DNA of 64,000 bases from Octopus vulgaris (GCA_951406725.2 OX597832.1:19530001-19594000), one strand, 5' to 3'; shown: positions 32,124 to 45,525, numbered from the stretch's first letter. The notes: generated from the letters alone by a model not told the origin. Made by a program: numbers and translations.

Positions 32124-32533
32124 ACGTGCGTGTGCCTCTGTGTGTGTATATAATTATTTGAAATTAAAACAGATCGTTTTCATATCCCATGGATAGTTAA
32201 GAACATGTATTAACGCTTTTTTTTATACTTTTATGTTCCAGCTTTGAGGCTGCGGCCAAGCTGGTGCACCGCATGTACAGAATATGAAAATAAAATGTTG
32301 ACTTTCTAATTTTTAGTTTTTAATTTTCATTTCCTAATTCATGACTTTGAATTTTTAATATTTGATAAGATGGACATACTCATGGAAACCGGTGCTATTC
32401 TATAAATGTCACTTAATCAAAATCTTTCATAAAAGATTTGTCCGATTAAAGCAAAAACAAAAAAAAGGTAAAAAGAATATCTAAACATACTTCTGTGTTG
32501 TTTTGCAATTTTCATATATATATATATATATAT

Positions 32534-32911
<378 letters not shown>

Positions 32912-32953
32912 TAATGGTTAAATAGATAGATAGATTGATAAATCGATAGACAT

Positions 32954-33025
<72 letters not shown>

Positions 33026-33667
33026 CTGGACTTGCTTCTCTATCTGTCTTTCACTTGCATACTTCGGCACTTTAGCACTGTCTCAGTTTACTCGGTACTA
33101 AGTGTGCTCTATTGTCTTTACTACACTAACTCAATAAGCGAACGAAACCCAAAACAAACAATTTATACTCAATAAGCTTTTCAGTAACTTGACCTCAATT
33201 GACCCCATCAGCATTTACAAAGTTTAAATTTTTTGATCGGGGTCGCGACGGAAAATACAATTTGACGAAACGTCAGAAAGCAAAATAAGGAACATCGATT
33301 GTCAAGCAGTGCACTAGATATAGGGGTATATCTAGGCGTAGCCTGGCAGGTGTATCTAGGTTTTCTCCTGATTTATAGAAATAGGATTCCAGACTAGCCA
33401 AAAAGCCATACTAATTTTTGAATGTTTTCAAGAACTAGTTCATCAGTATATTGTTTTACACGGGGTTTAGTCCGTGGCACTGTTTCTCACCATCACCTGG
33501 CATCGCAGGTGGCTTTCATAGAGACCATTTTGTTGCGAGCATTCGGTGAAATATCGTAGTTACAGTACGTTTTTCTCCACGACCTTTCGGTAGACTCGGA
33601 AGCCCTCTGAAGAATCACGAGTAAAAGTTTTTGAATAGTAACTTTCTAAATTTATAATAAATTTGTT

Positions 33668-33983
33668 GGCACCTTGGGCAAGTGTCTTCTGCTATAGCCT
33701 CGGGCCAACCAAAGCTTTGTGTGTGGGTTTGGTTGACGGAAACTGAAAGAAGCCCGTCGTATATACGCATATGTATGTGTGTGTGTATATATTTGTGTGT
33801 CTATGTTTGTCCTCCAACATCGCTTGACATCCGATGCTGGTGTGTTTACGTCCCCGTAACCTAGCGGCTCGGTGAAAGAGCCCGATAGAATAAGTACTAG
33901 GTTTACAAAGTATAAGTCCTGGAGTCGATTTGCACCAGCATGACCACAGTCAAATGACTGAAGCAAGTAAAAGAGTAAAGAGT
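33668..33983 (+). mobile_element. SINE-A, 5' truncated
   Basis: ggcaccttgggcaagtgtcttc through gtaaaagagtaaagag. Confidence 0.9.
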
Positions 33984-34469
33984 ATCGTTTTTCATCTTTC
34001 CATGTGTCGGAATATCGAGTAGAGTAACCAGAATTGAGAAACACGGCTCAGTGGTTTCCACCTGCTAGAAATAGCAACCTAATGTTGGCCAAATAGTACG
34101 CAAGAGCCTGAAATTTTAAAAATTGAGTCCATTGCATATTGATTAATGTCCCCTATATATACAAACGCAATTTCTTTTATTCTTTTATATGTTTCAGTCA
34201 TTTGACTGCGGCCATGCTGAAGCACGACTTTAAGTCGAACAAATCGATTCCAAGACTTATTGTGTGTATGTGTGTGTGTGTGTTACTATTATTGTTGATG
34301 GTGGTTTCGTTTTTTGTTGTAGTTGTTAGGGTTGTGGCTACTACTTTTGAATGCTGTTGTTTTTACCGACGCAGTTTACTACTGATGGTATTAACGGTGT
34401 GGATGATTATGTTGAGGTAGGTAGCATTGTTGTCACTTCAGTGTTGTGGCTGCTGTTGCTGTTGAGCGA

Positions 34470-34822
34470 ACGTCCCAGAGCTCGCAAGATGGGAGAAGTC
34501 CGAAACGTGGTCCTTTGCTATTCATAAGACCCGCAGAAGAGAAAGCAGGTCAACCCCGACACCGAGAGCTTCGACGGATGGATGAATGCGCATCCAGGCT
34601 TAGTGGTTGAGTAGGAAGTCGGGGACAAGAAACAGGACGAAAGAGTGAGAGAAAGTTGGAGCGAAAGAGTACAACAGGGGTCGCCACCACCCCCTGCCGG
34701 AGCATCGTGGATCTTTTAGGTGTTTTCGTTCATTAAACACACACAACACCCAGTCTGGGAATCGAAACCGCGATCCTCCGACCGGGAGTCCGCTGCCCTA
34801 ACCATTGGGCCATTGCGCCTCC
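34470..34822 (-). mobile_element. tRNA-derived SINE-C, tail type 2
   Basis: Intact tRNA-like head ggaggcgcaatggcccaatggttagggcagcggactcccggtcggaggatcgcggtttcgattcccag. Confidence 0.8.
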
Positions 34823-34899
34823 ACTGTGGCTGCTGTTTTTGCTGTTGTTGTTTTTGTTGCAACTGCTGCCATCGTTCTTATTGTTGCTAATTATTGGCG

Positions 34900-35035
34900 G
34901 GACAGGTGGACTGTATTGACCCACATGCTCAACTGTCACATATTTTATTAAAAGGTAATGTCGACCTCGGCGAAATTTGAACTCAGAATTTAAAGATGGA
35001 CAAAACGCTGCCAAGCATTTTGCCCGCCGGCGAAA
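34900..35035 (-). mobile_element. Degenerate SINE-B
   Basis: tgtcgacctcggcgaaatttgaactcagaa...aagcattttgcccg. Confidence 0.7.
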
Positions 35036-35135
35036 TTATTTCCCCACGAGAGTTCTGGACCCCAGTAATGAACTCAGTTGCATACAGCCAATCAGAGGTC
35101 ATCCTGTGAGTTTCAAAATGCGTTTGTACGAAAGG

Positions 35136-35378
35136 TATGCGTATATTATTGATATTATTTACATTCGATGGATATTTGTCATCATCTTGTGTGTTGTTAA
35201 CACAATGTTTCGGCTTATACACCCTCCAGCCTTCTTCAGGTGTTGGGGAAATTTCGATGTTGTTGTTTTTGTTATTATTATTATTGTTGTTGTCGTGGTT
35301 GTTGGTGTTCAGGTCACAGATTGGAATCGAACTCGGAATCTTGGGGTTGGTAGCTCGCGCTATTAACCACCATATGCG
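35136..35378 (-). mobile_element. tRNA-headed short element carrying a hammerhead (head, (AAT/AAC)n, hammerhead, 9-nt repeat tail)
   Basis: B box gagttcgattcc (35334-35323), A-box-like gtggttaatagcg; hammerhead aacac-CUGAAGA-a-ggcu..agcc-GAAAC-AUU-guguu (35244-35199); three more copies in the window. Confidence 0.72.
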
Positions 35379-35379
35379 T

Positions 35380-35527
35380 AGTTTCCGTCTACCAAATCAA
35401 CTCACAAGGCTTTGGTCGGCCCGAGGCTATAGTAGAAGACACTTGTCCAAGGTGCCACGCAGTGGGACTGAACCCGGAACCATGTGGTTGGCAAGCAAGC
35501 TACCTACCACACACCCACTCCTACGCC
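35380..35527 (-). mobile_element. SINE-A head fragment
   Basis: Near-consensus reverse complement of head plus CORE-like segment. Confidence 0.9.
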
Positions 35528-36051
35528 TACATACATAATATATATTTATATATATATGTGCATGCAACACACATAAACACATATATGAATGCATGTATAT
35601 ATATACTCACATACATACGTACTTAATTATATATATGCATACAACATACTTAAATACGTGCACGAATACATACATAATCACATACATACCCACCTAATTC
35701 ATACATATATATACGTAGATACATACATATATACATAAATACATACATTCGTATATACGTAGTTACATACATATATACATAAATACATACATTCATACAT
35801 ACATATATACGTATATACATACATACGTACATACATGCACACATACAGCAATAACAGCAACCAAAACTACAATAAAGACAATAACAACAACAACAACAAT
35901 ATCTTCACTACATTGCTTTGCAAGACCACCTACATCGCAACAATAAAGAGATTAGCAACAAAATCAAATAGCAGAATAGAAATAAAATAACACATACACA
36001 CACACACATACATATATATATACTTACACACACACACATATATATATGAAT

Positions 36052-36085
<34 letters not shown>

Positions 36086-36119
36086 ATATATATATGTGTG
36101 TGTAAACAGGTATATATAT

Positions 36120-36158
<39 letters not shown>

Positions 36159-36253
36159 CATATGTGTGTGCATATATATATATATATATGTATGTATGTA
36201 TATGTGTTTATATATTTAGAAATATATGTCTGTCTGTGTTTGAATGTATGTAT

Positions 36254-36790
<537 letters not shown>

Positions 36791-37773
36791 TATATGTATG
36801 TATGATGTATATATACTCGTTAGACGACCGTGACCATTGCTGACGGAAAGTGACACCAATGCCAGCGCAACGGTTTTTAGTCGAGTGCAACTTGGAAGAA
36901 CACGACAACGACTCACTAGCAATGCCAGAAACCCCAGGAACACTGCAAAGTGCAAGATATCCGGTCCAGTAGCACAGTGGGTTCCCTATGCAAGTTAGCC
37001 TTCTCCTAGAAGGATGCCGCATCAAAAACCAGGCGACCTTCACAGTAAGTGCTGTTACTGCGCCCTCAGTCACTAACCAGAGTATTTCTACGTCCCTGCC
37101 CCCCTTCTTTCTCTCACCTAGTCACTCACTCACACACACATGTATGTAAAATTGCATTTTAGTGATTTAGTCATAGAATACGTGCCTGCGTGTGCGTGTG
37201 CGTGCGTGTCTGTGCGTGTGTATGTGCGTGTGTGGTGGGAGGGGGGAGAAGTTAGCAAAAAATTAGAATTTTTTGTCCAATACTTCATTTCTTGTAACGT
37301 AAACAGAAAGACTAAAACGAGGAATTTTAATATACCTCACGTTTCGAATTTTCTTTTGCCTTCACAATTTCGCAGCATAATTCCAATGGTCAAATGTGGT
37401 CTTTTTAATCGTTGGGAACCTTTACATCTGTATTAAAACAAAAAGGTAAAATATTCGATAATCAGAAATTTTAAAGAACGAAATTGCTCAATAAATTATT
37501 ACGGCATCTGCTTATAATAGTATATAATAGTATATTATGAAATTGTATATATCATAATATGTAATAGTATATATTTAATAGTAGTTAGTGTATATAAGGG
37601 ATTCTTTCTGATATCACTACAATTTTCTCTTCTTTCAGTTTTGTGTCCATTTATTGCCGAGTGTCTTCTCGACACTTGGGGCAAAGAAACACACTGTATT
37701 CAATGATAGATCATTAAAACAAACTCCTCAAATTGTTCGTTTACAAAATCAAATTATTTTTATTATTATTAAG

Positions 37774-38170
37774 AAGGTGGTGAGCTGGCAGAATCGTTAG
37801 CACGCCGGACGAAATGCTTAGTGGTATTTCCTCTGCCGCTACGTTCAGAGTTCAAATTCCGCCGAGGTCGACTTTGCCTTTCATCCTTTCGGAGTTGATT
37901 AAATAAGTACCAGTTATGCACTGGGGTCGATATAATCGACTTAATCCGTTTGTCTGTCCTCGTTTGTCCTCTCTGTGTTTAGCCCCTTGTGGGTAGTAAA
38001 GAAATAGGTATTTCCGCCGTCTTTACGTTTTATGTTCAAATTCCGCTGAGGTCGACTTTGCCTTTCATCTTTTCGGGATCGATCAAATAAGTACCAGCCG
38101 AAGAATGGGATCGATGTAATCGATGCATCCCCATTTCCCTCAAGCTGCCCTTGTGGAAAAAAATTTGAAT
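37774..38170 (+). mobile_element. SINE-B dimer (unit with tail 1, then headless unit with tail 2)
   Basis: Core gaggtcgactttgcctttcatc occurs twice; junction aaagaaata|ggtatttc at 38006/38007. Confidence 0.88.
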
Positions 38171-38431
38171 CGTTAGAATGCCTGCCGAAACGCTTAGAAT
38201 TGTGCCTTTAGTAAAATTACTCACACATACAAATACAAACACACAAAAACGCATACACACAGGCACACTCATAAATGTATGTATAAAGAGAGCGCGAAAG
38301 AGAAAGAGAGAAAGTGAGAGAGACTCTTATACGAAGACAGATAGAAAGCTAAATAAATAGAGATAGATATATAAATAGATTAACAAATAGATGGATAAAT
38401 ATCTAGATGATGATGATGATGATGATGATAG

Positions 38432-38485
<54 letters not shown>

Positions 38486-38486
38486 G

Positions 38487-38530
<44 letters not shown>

Positions 38531-39051
38531 AAAGTTACGTAGCAATTCACGTGCGTTTTCATACGTACTTATATGCGACCGTATGCCTTTGTATGCGTAT
38601 ATGTATGTTTGTATCTACCCGAATAGATAGCGTATTGCTGTTATTATTTCGTGTAAAGTAGTTTTGTAGCTTTTGTTAAATAAAACTGTAATTAGCGAGG
38701 CCATTGTTAAAAAGGATTTGATCCAATTTTGTTTGTGATTTTATCACTGTAATTAGTCAGGATAGTCATTTTTGATACTGAATCATTAAGAGACTTAACA
38801 CAATCTCTCTCTATCTTTATCTTTCGCTTTCTCTCTCTCTCTCCTTCTGTCTTGCATTCACTACACACACTTACACCTATACACGTACACACGCCTGCAT
38901 ATACGCACGGTGTAGGATGACGTTGAAGCGAGATAATTCAACAAATACATTATACGTTGGCAAGGACGATAAGAAGAGATGACTGGAGTGTTTGTTTAAT
39001 CTGAAATGTTGAGATGTCGGAATCACGCTTCCTTCTCTTTCTCTCTCACTC

Positions 39052-39091
<40 letters not shown>

Positions 39092-39242
39092 ACACATTTA
39101 TTCCCTTCTCTCGCTCTCTCCCTCTTCTCTCCATACACTTACAAACATATGTAAGTATGTATTTGAAATTTTAAAGTGATTTAAACAAATATATCGATAC
39201 GACGTTCATCAAGATGTTCCACTTCTGCTTTAAATAAACTGC

Positions 39243-39288
<46 letters not shown>

Positions 39289-39307
39289 TTATATACCCAT
39301 ACACATG

Positions 39308-39374
<67 letters not shown>

Positions 39375-39394
39375 GTATGTATATGTATATATGA

Positions 39395-39768
39395 GCGGGA
39401 ATAGCTGTGTGGTAAGTAGCTTGCTTACTAACCACATAGTTCCGGGTTCAGTCCCACAGCGTGTACCTTGGGCAAGTGTCTTCTACTATAGCCTCGGGCT
39501 ATAGTAAATTTGGTAGACGGAAACGGAAAGAAGCCTTATATATATATAAATGTATGTATATATGTATGTGTATGTGTATCTGTGTTCCCCTCACCATCGC
39601 TTGGCAACCAATGTTTGTGTGCTACCGTCTGGTAACTTAGTGGTTCGTCAAAAGAGACCCAGAGAATAAGTACTAAGCTTACAAAGAATATTCTTGGGGT
39701 CGATTTGATCGAGTAAAGTCAGTGCTTCAGCATGGCCGCAGACAAATAAAAGAATACAGAAAAGAATA
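39395..39768 (+). mobile_element. SINE-A with micro fold-back at 39484-39506
   Basis: Co-linear with consensus apart from tactatagcc-tcg-ggctatagta. Confidence 0.85.
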
Positions 39769-39786
39769 TATGTATATATGTATATA

Positions 39787-40635
39787 CAGGGTGTGGTAAA
39801 TATATTGTCGTCTATATATTATGCAAAAATGAAAATAAAACTGACATCTCTTTTTAACATATCTTGAAATACTAAAGTGTATATTTATTTAAATAAATCA
39901 CCATTTACTTCAACTACAGACTCCAGAGGACTTCGGAATCACCTGTAACTCTTCGGGCGGTCTCCTTGTTTAAGTTGGTGAATGCTGTCATAATCCTTGC
40001 TTTCAGTTAATCTTTGGTGTTACAAATACTTTTGTTGGTCTCTTGCTCAAATGCGCCTCACTTATAATAATGAACTGGGTTGCCGTATGGGGAGTTAGAT
40101 GGACAGATGTTAGAGATAATTTGGTCACAGAAATTGTCTGACAGCCATGACTGGATTCTGCTGTTTTGTGTGGCATGGTGCAGAGTCCTGTTGCCTGACA
40201 TAGGGTCTTCCGGCAGCCACTGTTGACTACCTCCTGCAGACACTTGATGTAGGAAGCATTACCTCCACCAGGCACTTGATGTAGGCATCCGTGTTGAGTC
40301 TGAGGCCATGTGGGAAGATTAATGGAAACATGACGTTGCCATTACTAGTGGTCACTCCAAACACCATGAGGTTAACTGGATGTCTGATATTTCTCACTCT
40401 CGATGTGTCCTCAGATTACTAAATATTCTTATAGGAGCTTCCGGTGGGAATGCCAAGCAGTACAGCATGACATTTCTAAATTTCTGGCAGAGTGAATTGC
40501 ATCATCATGCTGTTTTTCTCACAGACGGTGCCCAACTGACCCTACTATACTGCGTAGTCGAGAAAATAAAAGTCAAATAGTGCGCATGTGCGAAATTAAC
40601 ATGTAAAATGAGGACAATTTACACATCGCACTCTG
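39787..40635 (-). mobile_element. Internally deleted, decayed Tc1/mariner transposon (DD37D/maT-like)
   Basis: TA flanks; imperfect 26-bp TIRs cagggtgtgg..ttgtcgtc and (rc) cagagtgcga..ttgtcctc; minus translation HPVNLMVFGV..QQDSAPCHT..ICPSNSPYGNPVHY with stops and frameshifts. Confidence 0.85.
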
Positions 40636-40644
40636 TATATATAT

Positions 40645-40842
40645 TCTTTTACTTGTTGCACACATTTGACTGCGACCAGTTTTTTAGTCGAAGAAATCAA
40701 CCCCAGGACTTCGTATGCCTAGTACTTACTCTGCCGGACCCTTTTACCGGATTGCTAAGTTACGGGGGCGTAAACACTCAAACATCGGTTGTGAAGTGAT
40801 GGCAGGGGCAAAAACAAAGACACAAAGACACACCCACAAACA

Positions 40843-40927
<85 letters not shown>

Positions 40928-40975
40928 GACGGGCTTCTTCCAGTTTCCACTCACAAGGCTTTGGTCGGCCCGAGG
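40645..40975 (-). mobile_element. Degenerate SINE-A
   Basis: ctaagttacgggggcgtaaacac...(CA)n(TA)n cgacgggcttctt. Confidence 0.82.
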
Positions 40976-41224
40976 TCGGCCGGCACAAATAATACTTAAC
41001 CTAATTAAGTAATTATTTTGATGTTTTTACATCCATCGTCCCACTTTGGGCCACAACATTATCACCCCATTTTTCTTCAACACCCCGTCGGATCTTTCCA
41101 CCGCCCTCAGCGGGGTGGGCAGTACTGCTCACTTTGGTAACCACTGAAAGGATGGATAAACAGTTCGAGGTAGGGTGAGCAGTTAAAACCCGTATTGTGG
41201 AAATCGACTTTAAGAATCATCCGC

Positions 41225-41263
41225 CATCATCGTCATTATCGTCGCCGTCATCGTTAACATTAG

Positions 41264-41306
<43 letters not shown>

Positions 41307-41331
41307 TTCGTCATCATCATCTTCGTCGTCG

Positions 41332-41384
<53 letters not shown>

Positions 41385-41445
41385 GTCATCATCATCATCA
41401 TCATCATCGTCATCGTCATCATCATCATCGTCATCATCATCTTCG

Positions 41446-41486
<41 letters not shown>

Positions 41487-41586
41487 GTCATCATCATCAT
41501 CTTCGTCATCATCATCATCATCATCATCAACTTCATCATCATCATCACCATCATCATCTTCATCATCTTCGTCATCATCATCTTCG

Positions 41587-41624
<38 letters not shown>

Positions 41625-41661
41625 TTCGTCATCATCATCATCTTCGTCATCATCATCTTCG

Positions 41662-41714
<53 letters not shown>

Positions 41715-41733
41715 TTCGTCATCATCATCTTCG

Positions 41734-41768
<35 letters not shown>

Positions 41769-41813
41769 GTCATCATCATCATCTTCGTCATCATCATCAT
41801 CATCATCAACTTC

Positions 41814-41845
<32 letters not shown>

Positions 41846-41865
41846 CTTCGTCATCATCATCTTCG

Positions 41866-41906
<41 letters not shown>

Positions 41907-41943
41907 TTCGTCATCATCATCATCTTCGTCATCATCATCTTCG

Positions 41944-41993
<50 letters not shown>

Positions 41994-42012
41994 TTCGTCA
42001 TCATCATCTTCG

Positions 42013-42044
<32 letters not shown>

Positions 42045-42076
42045 TTCGTCATCATCATCATCTTCGTCATCATCAA

Positions 42077-42143
<67 letters not shown>

Positions 42144-42386
42144 GTCATCGTCGTCATCGTCATCATCGCCATTATCGCCATGCTCGTCAGTCACGTCGCC
42201 TTCGTCGTCGTTGAAGTCGTCGTCGTATAGTCGCTACCATAAACATTAACTTCGACCTCTTCTTTCTCCTTCATTACCACTTCCGCAACCGCCACCGCCG
42301 CCATCACCACCACTGAGGTTGCCGACATCATTTCCAATATGGCCACCTCAACCACCACCACCACCACCACCACCACCACCATCACC

Positions 42387-42448
<62 letters not shown>

Positions 42449-42500
42449 TGTCTCCGTCGATGTCGTCTCCTTCGCCTTCGCCATCGTCATTATCGTCATC
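41225..42500. repeat. About 900-bp (CAT)n array with CTT/CGT variants and higher-order period, plus (CCA)n/(CAT)n
   Basis: Marker tcaa at 41529, 41808 and 42075. Confidence 0.95.
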
Positions 42501-42639
42501 TTTGTGTCATCGATTATGCCAATGGCAAACCTCTTGAAAATAATATCGATTTGTTTCTTTGGAATACGGCACTCATCAATAGCATTGGTAATTTTTACTT
42601 TCGCTGTGATTAATCTCTGCTCTTGAATTAACTAGAAGC

Positions 42640-43201
42640 GGCGCAGGAGTGGTTGTGTGGTAAGTAGCTTGCTCACGAACCACAGGGTTCCGGGTTCAGT
42701 CCCACTGCGTGGAACCTTGGGCAAGTGTCTTCTAATATAACCTCGGGCCGACCAAAGCCTTGTGAGTGGATTTGGTAGACGGAAACTAAAAGAAGCCTTT
42801 GGTAGCCACTACACATATTTTTTCTCTCCTTGTTTTATATGTGTCCCTTTCTGTAGAAGAGCGTAGGCTCGAAACCTAAAAGACTTTTTCTATTCCTGAG
42901 CGTTATACTAATACATCTGTTTGTTTTGTACACCACCTGTCTTCGTCTTTTGTTTTTTATCGTAAATTCTCCCTATACATATATATATGTGTGTATCTTT
43001 TTGTGTCTGCGTTTGTCAAAACATCGCTTGACAACCGATGCTGCTGGTTACGTCACCGTCACCTAGCGGTTCGGCAAAAGCGACCGATAGAATAAGTACT
43101 AGACTTACAAAGAATAAGTCCTAGAGTCGATTTGCCCGACTAAATGCAGTGCTCCAGCATGGCCACAGTCAAATGGCCGAAACAAGTAAAAGAGTAAAGA
43201 G
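42640..43201 (+). mobile_element. Full-length SINE-A interrupted by a pLTR-like element
   Basis: Head 42640-42797, tail about 42980-43201. Confidence 0.9.
42800..42975 (+). mobile_element. pLTR-like repeat with hammerhead-like fold, nested in SINE-A
   Basis: cuuu-CUGUAGA-a-gagc-guag-gcuc-GAAAC-c-UA-aaag at 42847-42882; homologous to 8195-8365. Confidence 0.6.
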
Positions 43202-43349
43202 CCACTTAACTACATGTTTTATATGCAGAAGGCCACCCATGATATTTCCTCCCTGCTGTTAAATATGCAGGTTTTGTCATAGCTAATCCCCAGATACTTT
43301 AAGATATATTATCCATAGTGACTTTGACTTGTTTGGTATTGTAAAAATA

Positions 43350-44480
43350 ATTGTTGCTTTTGTCGTTGTTGTTGTTGGTGTTGTTGTTGTTATTGTTGTT
43401 GTTGTTGGTGGTGGTGGAGTGGCGGCGACGGCGGCGGCGGAAGTTGTGACGGTGGTGGTTTTATTGATGGTACACGTGGTGGCAGCGAACGCTGGTATAT
43501 ATATATGTTGATGGTAGTGGAGGAGTTATAATGGTGGTGATGGTGGTGGTGGTGGTCGCGGCGGTGGTGATGGTGGTGGTGATGAGAGGGGATGGTGAGG
43601 AGGTGTTTGTGATGGTGTTTGTTTTTGTTATTGTTTTGGTGGTGGTGGTTTTAAGGATGGTATTGTGGTGACAGCGAACGCTGGTATATATGTTGATGTT
43701 GGTGGCTGTGGTGGAGGAGATAATGTTAGTGGTGGTGGTGATGGTATTGTTGTTCATGCTGGTGTTAGTCATGGTACTGGTGATTGTGCTGGTGATGGTG
43801 GTGCGTGGTAGTGGCAGCGGTGGTAGTGGAGCGTGAAAATTTTGGGTGGTATTGACGGGGTGATGATGATGATGTTTTTGTTGGTGGTGCTGCAGATATA
43901 TTTAGCTGTTGTTGTTGTTGTTCTTGCTGTGGTTGTTGTTGTTGGTGGTCGTGGTTGTGGTGATGGTGTTGTTGTTGTTGTTGGTGGTGCTGGTGGTGGC
44001 GATGGTGGTGGTGCTGGTGGTTGGTAGTGGCGGTAATGGTGATGATGGTGTTGGTTGTGACAGTGGTGTTGGTGGTGGTGTTGGTGGTGGTGTTGGTGGT
44101 GGTGATAGTGGTGGTGGTGGTGTTGATGTTGGTGGTGAAGGTAATGGTGATGATGGTGTTGGTTGTGACAGTGGTGTTGGTGGTGGTGGTGGTGGTGGTG
44201 GTTGTGGTGGTGGTGTTGTTGGTGTTGGTGGTGGAGGTAATGGTGATGATGGTGTTGGTCGTTGCGGTGGTGTTGGTCGTAGTGATAGTGATGGTGGTGG
44301 CGTTGGTGGTGGTGGTGGTGATGGTGGTGGCGTTGGCAGCAGTAATGGTGATGATGATGTTGGTCGTGGCGGTGGTGTTGGTGGTGGCGTTGGTGGTGGT
44401 GGTGGTGGTGGTTATGGTGGTGGCGGCGGCAGTAATGGTGGTGTGTTGGTCGTGGCGGTGGTGTTGGTGCTGGTGGCGTC
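43350..44480. repeat. (GGT/GTT)n cryptic tract with minisatellite unit ggtaatggtgatgatggtgttggt (4 copies)
   Basis: Units near 44032, 44141, 44236 and 44342. Confidence 0.85.
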
Positions 44481-44827
44481 TGTGTTTAATCTCAGGTCAG
44501 TCCTGATTGAGCAGAGCTATGATCAAAGACGATCCATCCAGCCTACCAGTTAATAACGTGTGAAGTATTTTATAGCGCTGACGCGGATGCTTTTGATTCC
44601 GTTCGACTCTATTCAGCAGCGTCCACCGTTTATTCCAACCTACATTTAAGTATACATGCTTTGATATATTTCCACAGGTCTTATCACTTCTACAGAGATG
44701 TGGCTCGTTACAGGAATACTGAAGGCGTCCCTACGATAATAGAATGACAAATATCTAGTTTCTTATATGAGTAAGTAATGGCAGAAATATTCTTAATGGC
44801 AATAGAGAGCAACAGGCTCGATTCTTT

Positions 44828-45056
44828 GCGGCGAGCTGGCAGAATCGTTAGCACGCTGGGCGAAATGCGTAGCCGTATTTCATCTGCCGTTACGTTGTGA
44901 GTTCAAATTCCGCCGAGGTCGACTTTGCCTTTCATCCTCTCGGGGTCGATAAATAAAGTACCAGTTTCGCACTGGGTCGATGTAATCGACTTAATCTGTT
45001 TGTCTGCCCTTGTTTGTCCCCTCTATGTTTAGCCCCTTGAGGGCAGTAAAGAAATA
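44828..45056 (+). mobile_element. SINE-B monomer, tail type 1
   Basis: gcggcgagctggcagaatcgttagcacg...tagccccttgagggcagtaaagaaata. Confidence 0.92.
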
Positions 45057-45403
45057 TATATTGCAAGAGAAAACCTTGAGGGGCTTGTTGAGGGCAGGGA
45101 AAATGGAAGGAGGGATCGATGGAACGTAAAGAAAGGAGGTAGTTGATGGATATTCTAGCTGAATTCGGCGGGAATGGGGTAAGAGAGCCAATAAAATATA
45201 ACGTTGTGTGAGGGACAAGAAGGGATTGTGAACGATGATTCACAATACCTGTGAGAGAGGCCCATGTTCGCACATATAGTCACACAACACACACATACGC
45301 GCTCATAAACATAAACAAATATATGTAAAAGATAGTTGTACATGCATATAAACACACACAAATACACATACTCATATGCATGTACATATGTATACACACA
45401 CAT

Positions 45404-45508
<105 letters not shown>

Positions 45509-45525
45509 ATATATATATATGTATG

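Noticed and set aside
34745-34822. tRNA gene candidates (also 11738, 60683, 60929, 35311)
   Set aside because: No clear acceptor stem or terminator, and they continue into repeat bodies, so they are SINE heads
41100-41146. hAT/Charlie-like terminus (rc cagtggttaccaaagtg)
   Set aside because: Single short match with no partner terminus or TSD identified
41217-42194. 325-aa poly-Asp ORF resembling acidic shell proteins
   Set aside because: Pure (GAT)n array with no signal peptide or unique domain; overlapping frames are equally open
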